From Anthoceros angustus (lineage: Eukaryota; Plantae; Anthocerotophyta), in the NCBI GenBank assembly GCA_010909165.1, contig MU008170.1, positions 806,001 to 870,000 of the forward strand: a DNA stretch of 64,000 nucleotides, read 5' to 3'. Position numbers and translations under genes: made by a program. The notes beneath the pieces are model-generated. The model was not told where the DNA came from. It was given only the letters and a program-made list of their open reading frames with translations, and searched no databases. Positions 14,740-26,525 of the stretch are shown piece after piece; the stretch's first letter is position 1, and every line of letters begins with the position of its first letter.

Positions 14740-15817
14740 AAAATGCGGATGCTACATGCATATAAATATAAAACTTCTTTAACATAACATGACATGCCCC
14801 ATGATGCGGTGAGCTCTTTGTTTTTCTTTATACATAGTTTTATATGAACGTTGAATTTGAGCTACATTAATAAAACATGTTTTTGTGTGAAAACTATGCA
14901 TTATACTTGAAGAAAAATCATACGGTTTTCACTTACATATAATGTTAGAAAAATGTGCCTTTTGCAAGGACCTCTCACACCACACAAACACTCAAACTTC
15001 TGGCACTACAACTCCTATGTTATGCTCATGCAAAACAAGATACACTCATTCAAAATGCATTTCGATGTGACCTCTTACGCCTTGCCTCGTAGTTACTACC
15101 CTTCTTTGGGGGTTAAATTTGTGATTGCATTAGTACTGCGGCTGGCAGCAATTCAAGGGTGGCGGTTCTGACACTTGGTTCCACTCCACCTCCTCTTCTC
15201 CTTTGAGTGTCCTCCACATCCACCTCCGTTTGCCTCGTCTTTATGCTCTTCAATGATAATTTTGCAATCCGGGCTCCTCTCGACCCACCTTCCTCAGGAA
15301 GATGAAAAGTCCAGCAATTTGTTGGAACATTCTCCCCTCCTCCCTTCCTCACCAATGCGAGCTTGCGGCTCCGGTTTGAGGTATCTTTGCCTCAAGCTCG
15401 CTCCAATCCATTGTGATTCTACAACTCCTTGCTTGCTCCTACACCGGGTTCTTTGGGGTTTGTAATTTCTCTTGGCATGCTGGTTGGGATTTGCGATTTC
15501 TTGGTGCTCTTTGTCCTCTCCTCCTAGATTGAAGTTGCCTTAGCCGAGTGTGCCTTCCCCTCTTGCTCTTCCTCCCGTGCTCCTTGGCCTTCCTCCCTAC
15601 CCGCTTCTACCGAACGGTTTTGGAATCAAAATTGCGGTTGCGAGGCTTAAATGGTGTGTTGTTGTTCCCTCACAGTTCCTTGGCTCGGCGTGCGGCCTCT
15701 TCCCCTCCGGTGCCTCTCCTTTGCGGCGTGTGCGAGAGCTCACGGTGAAACCCAGCGTATGGGTGGCGGCGGTGAGCCATGTGTATGAAGCTTGCCAGGC
15801 GTCTTGCCCAACTCCGG

Positions 15818-16175
15818 ACCTAGCTTTGCTGCTACATCCCGACAAGAACAAAGAAGATGGAGCTAATGCTTTCCAACTAATTTTAGAAGCACAAACTATT
15901 CTTTTGGATAAAAGGTGCGAGATTTTGATACTCAAATCCAAAAATCTCGCATGTCATACTAAGGCGTATGAGGGAAACACCGCAAGCGTTCCACAATAAA
16001 ACTTCTTGCAAGGAGCATAATAATTTGCTGAAAAACTTAAAAATTCAAAAACAAAGCAAAATGAGTTCTACCAACGACGTAATCATAACGTTCCAACTCC
16101 AAGTTTTGACGAAGTTCAAAATTATTATTCTAAACAAGAGTACCGGATAAACAATATTGTGATGAAGAGTATTAA
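15818..16175 (+). pseudogene. 5'-truncated J-domain exon copy
   Basis: Entered through the ACCTAGCTT junction at ~15818; LALLLHPDKNKEDGANAFQLILEAQTILLDK. Confidence 0.75.
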
Positions 16176-18462
16176 AGTGCCACCGGATGCTACATGCGCA
16201 TATAAATATAAAACTTCTTTAACATAACATGACATGCCCCATGAGAGCTCTTTGTTTTTCTTTATACATAGTTTTATATGAACGTTGTGAATTTGAGCTA
16301 CATTAATAAAACATGTTTTTGTGTGAAAACTATGCATTATACTTGAAGAAAAATCATACGGTTTTCACTTACATATAATGTTAGAAAAATGTGCCTTGCA
16401 AGCACCTCTCACACCACACAAACACTCAAACTTACGGGCACTACAACTCCTATGTTATGCTCATGCAAAACAAGATACACTCATTCCAAAAATGCATTTC
16501 GATGTGACCTCTTGCCTTGCCTCGTAGTTACTCGCCTTCTTTGGGGGTTAAATTTGTGATTGCGTTATGGTAAGGCCACAAAGGCAATTCAAGGGTGGCG
16601 GTTCTGACGCTTGGTTCCACTCCACCTCCTCTTCTCCTTTGAGTGTCCTCCACATCCACCTCCGCGTTTGCCTCGTCTTTATGCTCTTCAACTGATAATT
16701 TTTGCAATCCAGGCTCCTCACTGTCCGACCCACCTTCCTCACAGGAAGATGAAAAGTCCAGCATTTTGTTGGAACATGCCGGCAATTCTCCCCCCTCCTC
16801 CCCTTCCTCACCAATGCGAGCTTGCGGCTCCTGGTTTGAGGGTATCTTTGCCTCCAAGCTCGCTCCAATCCGCTGTGATTCCACAACTCCTTGCTGCTCC
16901 TACACCGGGTTGCTGGGGTTTGTAATTTGTAATGCTGCACTGGTCTCATTGGGATCTGCGATTTCTTGGTGCTCTTGTCCTCTCCTCCTAGATTGAAGTT
17001 GCCTTAGCCGAGAGTGTGCCTTCCCCTCTTGCTCTTCCTCCCGTGCTCCTTGGCCTTCCTCCCTACCCGCTTCTAACGGTTTTGGAATCAAAATTGCAGG
17101 CTTAAATGGTGTGTTGTTCCCTCACAGATTCCTTGGTTGCAGCCTCTTCCCCTCCGGTGCCTCTCCTTTGCGGCGTGTGCCTTGCGAGAGCTCACGGTGA
17201 AACCCAGCGTATGGGTGGCGATGATGAGCCATGTGTACGAAGCTTGCCATGCCTCAGACCCAACTCCGGACCCCTAGCTTCTCTTGCCCGCTTGAGCTCG
17301 CTTCTTGCTCCTCGACCTTCTTCAACAATTTTGCCCTTGTTTGCCTCGCCACTTTTACCTTGTCCCATAGCGTGTCGCCTTCTTCTTGCTCGCCATGCGC
17401 GCCTCCACATTGTCCAAGATTGCTTTGTGACCCAAGAAAACCGTTGCGAATGTTGTCCACGCTCCTCCCTCGCGTCTTGGTTCTCGCTTCAACGACTGAC
17501 TTGAAACCCGGCCGTGTCTCGGTTTTAAAGCACTTCATCTTGTAGGTACTTTGCACAATCTCCTTCTTACATACAATCTTTGGCATACAAAACTTTGGTC
17601 CTTGTTTCTTCCTAGCCTTCATCACCCCACACATGCCTCTAACTTTTCATTGTTGCATCACCTCAACGCGCCACATTGAGATTTGCGTAAAGTTTTCAAA
17701 CATAGAATGTTGCTCAACTAAACTCACTTTCCTTCGCCAAAACTTTTGCCTTGTTAGTCTAACAAGAAATTCAGCCGATTGCCTTCTATTCCCTTATCCT
17801 TTGAGTGGCCCATACACTATGTATAAAGTTTTACATCGTTCGTGCCAAAGTTCACCTTGTCCAAATTCCTCATGATTCCTTCTTCTTTACGCTAAGATTC
17901 TCGCCACCTTTCATAAAGCCTCTCAATGTGTCGGGCTGATTCCAATAAAATTAGGCGTGGCTTGTCAATGACTCATGAAGTCACGACACATGCATGCGTG
18001 TCCACCTACGTGCATGCGTAGGCCCACTCATTGGCCATGCGCACATATGGACTCCGCCGAGGCTCATTGGAGATGAGCACATATGGGACATTGCCCTCCA
18101 TATGCATACATGCATGCTATGCTTGTAGCCTAGTTCCTAGCTTCACATGCATAGATGCATGCTATATTGGCAACATATGGTTGGTTATTTATGTTCCAAG
18201 TAATCTTATGCACATGCATAGATGCATGCTATATTAACATATGGTTGGTTATTTATGTTCCAAGTAATCTTATGGAAAATATTTTCTAATTTAAAACTTT
18301 CTAAATTAGTTAGGCAATGTAGGTCCTATATAAAGGTGAGGGCAATGGTGAATAGTTGCAAGAGAATATTATTTATGCTGCTCTTCTCTTGCCTTCTCTG
18401 CTTTGCACATCATTAAAGGCTCAAGTGAAGTAGCCTTCCTCCTTATCATTAAAGCAACGAGG

Positions 18463-19229
18463 ATGGACAAAACAAAGATGGCGATTAATAAATTAATGAA
18501 GTGCGCTCACACTAAAAGAATAGAAAATGATCTTGAAGGAGCAAAAACTTGTTACTTCAAGCACAAAAACTTTTCCCAAGTATCTATTCGTGAAGACAAC
18601 ACTTTCCTTGTTTCGTCGTTAATACATGGCACGTCCATGTCCATGTTTCTCTTTCGTGCGACGTAAATAGTGCACGTAGAACTAAACACACTAATTGTTC
18701 CTTATAATCGGAATGAACGATATTACTTACCTCCTTGCCATCTTGGAGGTGGAAATTGCAACAAAACAAAATAAATTATCCTTGGGTTCATCGTCCATGT
18801 ATAATGGGCTTCTCAAGTTGACCCACTTGCGGATCACGAATACCATTAAAAAGGTACAAGAACCTAGCTTTGCTACATCCCGACAAGAATTAAGAAGATG
18901 GAGCTGCGAATGCTTTCCAACTAATTTTAGAAGCACAAACTATTCTTTTGGATAAAAGGTGCCGAGAGATTTTTGATACTCAAATCCAAAAATCTCGCAT
19001 GTCATACAAGGCGTATGAGGGAACTACTACCTGCAAGCAATTCCACAAAAAAAATTCTTGCAAGGAGCATAATAATTTGCTGAAAAAACTTAAAAAAATT
19101 CAACAACAGCAAAATGAGTTCTACCAACGACGTAATCATAACGTTCCAACTCCAAGTTTTGACGAAGTTCAAAATTATTATTCTAAACAAGAGTACCGGG
19201 ATAAACAATATTGTGATGAAGAGTATTAA
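18463..19229 (+). pseudogene. Two-exon J-domain gene copy with the best-preserved C-terminus
   Basis: ORF 18948-19229 gives LLDKRCREIFDTQIQKSRMSYKAYE...QYCDEEY*, continuing the last J-domain helix. Confidence 0.75.
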
Positions 19230-19869
19230 AGGGCCACCCAGATGCTACATGCACATATAAATATAAAACTTCTTTAACATAACATGACATGCCCCATGAG
19301 TGCAGTGAGCTCTTTGTTTTTTTCTTTATACATAGTTTTATATGAACGTTGTGAATTTGAGCTACATTAATAAAACATGTTTTTGTGTGAAAACTATGCA
19401 TTATACTTGAAGAAAAATCATACGGTTTTCACTTACTTATAATGTTAGAAAAAATGTGCCTTTTGCAAGCAGACCTCTCACACCACACAAACACTCAAAC
19501 TTCTGCGGGGGCACTACAACTCCTATGTTATGCTCATGCAAAACAAGATACACTCATTCCAAAATGCATTTCGATGTGACCTCTTACGCTTGCCTCGTAG
19601 TTACCGCCTTCTTTGGGGGTTAAATTTGTGCTTGCGTTATGGTAAGCCGCTGGCGGCAATTCAAGGGGTGGCGGTTCCGTGACTGCTTGGTTCCACTCCA
19701 CCTCCTCTTCTCCTTTGAGTGTCCTCCACATCCACCTCCGCGTTTGCCTCATCTTTATGCCATGTTCATGTCCATGTCCGTGTCCATGTTTCCCCTCTTT
19801 CGTGCGAGACATAAATAGTGCACGTAGAACTAAACACACTAATTGTTCCTAATAATCAGCTGTGCTGTG

Positions 19870-20800
19870 CTGGGATTGTCGATGTTCCGAGTATTCTCCC
19901 ATGCTAGGACTTTCCCAAGTATACCTATAGTTGGGACATCCGTATAAGAGGCGAGGCTTTGAGTATGGCTAGGGAGGGGCCCCGGGGGAGGCCCGGCAGT
20001 GTCTGAGTGTAGCTAGGACTGAGAGTGTCCCGAGTATGGTTGGGACTGGGACTGTCCCGAGTGTGCCCCAACTGTCTCATCAAACATGTAGTAAAAAATG
20101 AGTCCTCTGTTAATAGATTTTAGCACCATGTCTTGGAGAATGCCGCCCACAAGCATTAGGCCTTAGGAGTGTGCCAAACCTAGGAGTTAGGAAATCACAC
20201 TTATCAGCACTGTGCACACACCTCTCATAAATCACGAACGGATCCCTGAAATTCAAAGGTTTTTTCCAGATTACAGCACAACGAGTTCTTTCCTGTGCAA
20301 AGCGCTACCAAGCGCGACTTCAACAACTACTGTTCCCTGCCCTAGCAACCCGTTTTCGTCCTAGCATGTCGCCATCTTCATGCACGCCTCTCAGCCACGT
20401 TCTGTCCAGCCTTGCTTCATCATTCGTCTTGCTCCCACGCCATTGGCACTGTCCTCCCACGCTTAGGCAGCCTGCTCTAACTAGCCTGTAGTAGGGGTTA
20501 CCAACCCGTCTCCTAACCTAGGGTTTAGCACTAACATGCTTATCCAGCATGCCATCTAAGCGAGAATAGACTGATTATTTGTATCTTAAAAAGGGCAATT
20601 TCTATACTAGCATTTTTTGCTAAATATCTATTCTGAAATGTTCTGCTAGTATTACCAATTGGATCCGCAATCACACCTTCTTACCTTGAGCCGCTTTATC
20701 TTTCGATTGTAGCCGGGACTGTCCCGAGTATGGCTGAGGTTGGGGGTGTCCTGAGTATGCTTGCTGCTGGGACTGTCCCGAGTATATCCCAGCTTGAGTT
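19870..20800. repeat. Degenerate ~25-30 bp minisatellite (GGGACTGTCCCGAGTATGGC-like) in two clusters split by ~640 bp of unrelated DNA
   Basis: Copies at ~19870-20060 and ~20714-20790. Confidence 0.6.
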
Positions 20801-20839
20801 GCTTGTCTGTCGTGACATGACCTATTATTCCGATGCACA

Positions 20840-21410
20840 CTGGGTAGGGACCTGATGCCCGCAAATCAATTGCTGCTTCTTATATGCTCCTCAATTGCTG
20901 CTTATTGTATGCTCCTCAACGACACCGCTGTCTCATGGGCACAAAGAAACTTCCGAAAGTATGCCTCTCCTCCACCAAAGCAGAATATGCAGCTACTTCC
21001 CTGGCGGCCAAGGAAATCATATGGCTGCGGCAATTCCTCACCAATCTTGATTAGCCATAGGTCGGCCCTACAATCCTGCTTTGTGATAACCAATCTACCA
21101 TTTCCATGACTCTGAACCCGGTCTTCCACGCCTGGACCAAGCACATTGAGATCCACCACCACTTCATCCGGGAAGTGGTAGCTAGTGGCCAGGTGAAATT
21201 GCAATATATACACACGTCTCTCAATATCGCTGACCTCTTCACCAAGGGCCTGCCGAAGACCACCCATGAGCAACACTCCAACGCCTTGGGGCTCCGAGGT
21301 ACAGATGGCTGTCTCTCAATATCGCTGACCTCTTCACCAAGGGCCTGCCGAAGACCACCCATGAGCAACACTCCAACGCCTTGGGGCTCCGAGGTTACAG
21401 ATGGCAATTC
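20840..21410 (+). mobile_element. Ty1/copia RNase H remnant with a 95-bp internal tandem duplication
   Basis: AVSW..KK...V.LSST.AEY.A...AAKE.IWLR and VFHAWTKHIEIHHHFIREVV...NIADLFTKGLP. The segment starting TCTCTCAATATCG occurs at 21217 and 21312. Confidence 0.9.
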
Positions 21411-21539
21411 TGGCTTCTCCCTCTCAACATTGGTTAAACTCACTTGACACGGCTACTAACCCTTAACCCGCTCCGGCGGATATGTAATTGCTCTGCACTC
21501 ATCAATGCATTCATTCCGTTGGCTCCTCCGTGCTCCGTT

Positions 21540-21660
21540 TTACAGAAGAAAAGCAAACCTGACATGGCTACCCAAAACCAGGCCCTCCCACTCCACCTGT
21601 CCATACAAAACAACGAGCGCTCCATGTGCCAGGCCTTTCTGGGCATGGACCTCTGCGCCA
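21540..21660 (-). pseudogene. Degenerate PPR motif fragment
   Basis: AQKGLAHGALVVLYGQVEWEGLVLGSHVRFAFLL aligns by eye with YAQQGLAHETLVVVYEKMEQEGLILANHVTFAFLL at ~34560-34665. Confidence 0.65.
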
Positions 21661-22239
21661 TGGGCGATTCTGGTCAGCGGGGGGCTGGAGGGCGTGGTGG
21701 GATACGGGGTGCAGTGGCTGATGGTGAGCCAGAAGATTAGTCCATTGCCGTACGGCCAGATGCGTTGGGTCGTGAACTCTGCTTGTGCATGGGGTCGTGT
21801 GTGGGTTCCCGGGGGATGTTTCCTGAAGATGTGATTGTGGGTTGCAGATGTGCAACAGCACGACGCGGATAAACATTGTTTGGTGACTACGGTAAGGAAC
21901 TTTCCGCGCTCAATCATATGGTAAGGTTGCAGGAGTGTAAGCCAAGGAGAAAAACAACGAGGCTTTTCCGTCAATTCAAACAGGCGTTCTTCGCTGCTGC
22001 AGGAGCGTGGCTGACCAAATTGCAAACCATCACAGCACTCCCGAGCAGAAAGGATGATCAGTGAATTCAAGCTTTTGCTGCGTTTTGTGACGACTGCAGA
22101 CTCACTTGCCAGCATTGCTATACAACCATTATGGCGTGTGGCGTTTGGGTATGTCCGGGCCACATGCGCGGGCAACTTTTCGCATGAGCAGGTTGCAGCA
22201 GAGCAGACACGAGATCTTGGCTATGGTGAAGGAAAAACT

Positions 22240-22660
22240 GAGATTCAAACAGGTACAGGAGCGGAAGAGGATAGAGGTGGAACTTGAGCACGCCATGGAC
22301 GTTGCAGCTGACAGGTCTAAGTCCGAGTCGCTTGCCAACATGCTCCATGAGATTCCAAGGCCTCGGAATGGAATCATGAACTGCACGGAGGTGTGCCTGG
22401 ACACTCATACTTCGCCAGAACAACAGGAGTATCTTGATCTGGTAACTTCGGAGTGTCTTCGTGCCAGAGGTCTTTGCAGGTGTTGAAACGTTGTAATTTG
22501 CCAGCCATGCACTCGTGAAGCTTAGTCACATCAAATGTCCTTCACAAACGTCTGAACCTTGCAGGCTCGTTTCTCAGAACAACATTTGCTGCCGATCATC
22601 ACGGGTATTCTGAGAGGGCTGGTGGTGGGGGTTCTCAAGTGCATCCTTTCCCTCAACACC
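22240..22660 (+). pseudogene. Histidine kinase HisKA (H-box) fragment
   Basis: RSKSESLANMLHEIPRPRNGIMNCTEVCLDTHTSPEQQEYLDLV resembles [34 protein letters not shown]. A GT intron follows, then HLLPIITGIL; no HATPase domain is seen. Confidence 0.8.
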
Positions 22661-22847
22661 GCCATCTTCACCTTGCTCACTGGGCCTCCTTCAGCCACGA
22701 GCCTAGCTCATATCTGGTGCTGGTTGCGGTGATGAGACGGAAAAAATACATAGGGTTCGGACAATCCTTTCATGTGCTTCCATGGAAGGTGTTGACGATG
22801 AAAAGAAATGGAAGGGTCACGAATATAATTTAACCTGTAAACATGGA

Positions 22848-23571
22848 CTACCCTGTTGCCCTTTCTCCTGCTTGTTTGGCTGCTTCAAGACATTCTTTGG
22901 CCCGTTGCACCTTTGACTGGATATAGAAACTTCCTGACACAGCGTTTCTTTCGAATAGATGCTCATACCTCTGCATTCAGAAGAAACCGCCACCAATAAG
23001 CAAAACAGCACTCTTCCAAACAAATCGAACACCTGGCACCACCAACAACAAGACTCCGAAAACGTTCTCCCAAGCTCACCTTGAGGACTTCCTCCCATGT
23101 TGCCTTCTCATCGACTCCAAGAATAAGCCTTGCCTCGGCTTCCGTCATAGTTTTGGAGACCTGGTGAGCCATATTCTGCATAGTTTCTTGAGCTACTCCA
23201 GTTTTCCCGGCATCTACAAGGCAAACCGATTTCCCCAGAATTCAGAAACCAGTGCATCCACAGAAGCAGCATGCCCCGTATAAAACCCTACCCACAACGG
23301 AGGTCCAAGGAGCGCATTCAGGGGGCAAATCAAAGGATACTTACTGACGATGGCTTGCCTATAAGCCTGCGAGACCGCCCTGAGCAGAACCCCAGAACCG
23401 ATGACGATCAAATTTGCTATGATCTTCGCAGCCTGGCACAGTAACATGGAAATACTGTGAAATTCAACACCCCTCTCCCGCGTGCACGCATTGAATTCTA
23501 CAATTCATCCCTCAGCACCAACCATAGCAAGAAGAAACAAGCAGCACAAGCATCAGCAGGGCACGCACCAT
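22848..23571 (-). CDS. PAM16: Mitochondrial import motor J-like protein Pam16/Tim16; 4 exons (23571-23569, 23432-23345, 23213-23080, 22970-22848), 115 aa
   Basis: Spliced translation MAAKIIANLIVIGSGVLLRAVSQAYRQAIVNAGKTGVAQE...EARLILGV...[35 protein letters not shown]; all GT-AG introns and the frame closes. Confidence 0.95.
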
Positions 23572-25389
23572 CGTGATTGACGCATCACAGCAGCAGCTTC
23601 AACATGAATGGTCCAACGGCGTGATGAAATCACCGAGCGCGGAAGGAAGAGTTGATGGCAACTGAGCTAGGGCTTCGACGCGAATGACCACTGGACTTCA
23701 TGGATACTGTCGACTGCTGGCCCAAATTGTAGCACTTTATTCTCATAAATTTCCACGTGGGTAAAGTGTGACACGAACAGCAACTTTTCTGTACATAGTA
23801 CATAACTTGCAAAGCCTCGAGATCCAAAGAACGACCAGTGCGAATGCAGGCCTCGAGGTTGAGGGAGGCTGCTAGGGCATGAGATTTAAGTGCCAAAGGC
23901 TAAAGTGGCATGACACTCTATGGTACTGATTACTACATGGTTCCACCTTAATAAGTTATAAATTATTACCTATATAGTCAATCTTAATATAGTCATATTC
24001 AATTAATTAAAATAAATATCAGATACCTAATAATGCAAAGGGATGTAATTTAACACAATTGTGAGGACGGCTTTGAATGCGAGGACGCAACATCCTCAAC
24101 TCCTCTCGTGGTAATTAGGCCCTTCCTTCCTTATTCCCGACTATGACATCTTAAAAGCAGTAGGTAGTTTCAAGGTAAACAGTCGCGGGGCCTAGTCCCC
24201 CTTAGCCCGGGGCCCTTTAAAGCGTTCTTCCCATTGCCCCGGTGTAGATGGGACTTCCCACGTATGAAGTCTCCATATTCCCCTATTACATGTAGTTACT
24301 ATGTGAGAGGTGACCACTAGCAAAGGAGGTAGGGGATTCACCCTTTGACATCTTCGAGCAATCCAAGAGTAGCATTTCGGCCAGGCTGCAGCACCCAGCA
24401 ACAAGGAGGTTAGGATTTCATTCTTTGATGTCCTCGAGCAATGCAAGAGCAGCATTTCAATCAACACCACCTAGTGCGCCGCCTCCGAGATGAGCACCAC
24501 AAAGATAAATGAAGACAAATCATCCCAATTCAAGTTAATCATGTCTATATTTATTTTATTATTTAATATGCCGTTAATAGACTATTTAAAATTTTCTTAA
24601 GCAAAAGCTTGTTTTCCTAGATTAGCTCATTTTGACCTCAGTTTTTGCTAGAAAAAAATACTTTAAAATCATCCTCAATTAATAGTGAGTAGGAGTGATG
24701 AAATAGTATCCTAGGGGCACCATCTAAATTAGGGCACCCTTCATATTAAAAGCCTAAGTCCGTAGTTGAGATTACTAACTTATGACTTGGCAGCAACAAA
24801 GGGCACATAACTCAATTGATTAATCCTATCTCAAGATTTTGCAGTTAAAAAGTTACAAACATGAAAGTTATGCTTCTAGAGCAATTCTACTTACACCTCT
24901 CATGCTAGAACTTTCAAAAGAACGTCTTTACCGCAGCAGCCAACACCCTTAAAGCATTCTCATAATTGTTTTCTACCAACCAACTGCTTCTTACAATTTT
25001 GTGCAAAGACTACACTAAGTCATGGTTCAAAGAAACTACTTATTTCCTACTAACTTCTACAGTTTACATCTTTTTTCATATCTTGTTTCACCACGCCTTG
25101 CTTTTCATGTTCTTAAGAGTACTCTAAGTTTCAAAGCTTTCCCTTGTTTTACCCTTCAACAAAACAAAGTTATATCTCTACAACCTGTCCCACGCTGAAC
25201 CTACAAGCTTAATTGAGAAAGTCTTAATTCCTGCAGGTCTATGAGTACCTCACGGAGGCTATGTAAGTTAACACAAATGGTGCAAGAGCAAGGGGCCTCG
25301 AGGACGCTGGTGTTGCTTAGTTGAAGCATGTTATTCTTTATCAGAACATCATGTTAAATGACTATCAAATGGAAGCCAATATAAACAAC

Positions 25390-25560
25390 ATAGGAAGCCG
25401 ATATAAATTAAGTTGGTGAAAGCTAGTTTAAGGTGGCCAAGCTAATATAAACTATATACGAAGCTGATATAAATTAAGTTGGTGAAAGCTAGTTTAAGGT
25501 GGCGAAGCTAATATAAACTATATAGGAAGACGATATAAATTAAGTTGGTGGAAGCTATTT
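25390..25560. repeat. ~66-bp tandem repeat, ~2.6 copies
   Basis: GAAG(C/A)NGATATAAATTAAGTTGG at ~25394, ~25460 and ~25526. Confidence 0.85.
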
Positions 25561-26040
25561 GAAGGTCGCCTCTGGTAGGGATCATTGAAGTTTATGGATA
25601 ACCATGAACAATCGTAGAGAACACAGACTAGTGTTTTTTACGAAATGTGGAGACTTTATGTAACAAAGTGATGGGAAAACCCATCTGCCCCAAGAAGTAG
25701 TTACCACAAAGATTGAAGATTGATATAATAATATTCGGCGAGACCCAACTTTACCAAAAAAGGAGGATGATATAATAATTACTCTTAAAAGCCATAAATA
25801 TGCACTTACCTATTTAGGTGCATAACCTTGTGGAAGCTAACCTAAAGCGTGTTTGATAGGAATCGTTGGGGCTTGTAGGTAAAGCATGAACAACTCGTAG
25901 AAAACAAAGATCAATGAAGTAATTAATACAAAGTTTGAAAATTATAAAATATTTTAATTAAAAATTAAAAATTAACACCTAGCTGTTCACCCATGTGCAC
26001 ACACATTTATGTGTGCACATTTATGAGAACGTCGCTCTTA

Positions 26041-26420
26041 AGAATCCTGCGCTTAGATCGGTACTTAGATGAGGTGATCACCGCTGTTAAGCATCATGCG
26101 CTTAGATCGGTACTTGGGTGGGGTGAACACCATTATTAAGCATCCTACGCTTAGCGATATCGGTACTTGGATGGGGTGAACACCACTATTAAGCGTCCTA
26201 CGCTTAGCGATATCGGTACTTGGATGGGGTGAACACCACTATTAAGCGTCCTGGGGGTGAACACCACTATTAAGCGTCCTGGGGGTGAACACCACTATTA
26301 AGCGTCCTGGGGGTGAACACCACTATTAAGCGTCCTGCGCTTAGCGATATCGGTACTTAGATGGGGTGAACACCACTTCTAAGCGTCATGCGCTTACATC
26401 AATACTTAGATGGGGTGCCT
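26041..26420. repeat. Compound minisatellite: ~50-54 bp unit with an internal run of a 28-bp subunit (GGGGTGAACACCACTATTAAGCGTCCTG)
   Basis: Directly visible tandem copies with no unique spacers. Confidence 0.9.
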
Positions 26421-26422
26421 AG

Positions 26423-26525
26423 AGGGAGTGGATGCCCTTGGTGCAAGTGGGGTGTACAGTAGGATTGGATGCCCTTAGTGCAAGTGGGGTGTGTAGTAGG
26501 AGTGGATGCCCTTGGTGCAAATGGC
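26423..26525. repeat. ~37-bp tandem repeat x3 (GGAGTGGATGCCCTTGGTGCAA...)
   Basis: Three adjacent copies. Confidence 0.85.

Larger units (their letters stand above)
1..19858 (+). repeat. Head-to-tail tandem array of a ~2.95-3.0 kb unit plus deletion/duplication derivatives; runs off the left edge
   Basis: The block GGCATACAAAAGCTTTGGTCC (or a close variant) recurs at ~1, ~1635, ~4570, ~7545, ~8270, ~9005 and ~17580. Spacing of full units is ~2.94-2.98 kb and all copies share one orientation. Homology stops at ...AATAATCAG (~19858). Confidence 0.97.

Noticed and set aside
1-19858. Helitron origin of the J-gene array
   Set aside because: No Rep/helicase sequence and no clear 5'-TC or 3' hairpin-CTRR terminus at unit boundaries.
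19850-19860. Array ends exactly at the intron acceptor AG
   Set aside because: A single instance that could be coincidence; no evidence of retro-processing because the intron is retained.
26041-26420. CRISPR-like appearance of the 28-bp repeats
   Set aside because: Units are adjacent or separated by the same repeated sequence, with no unique spacers and no cas genes, and the context is eukaryotic.
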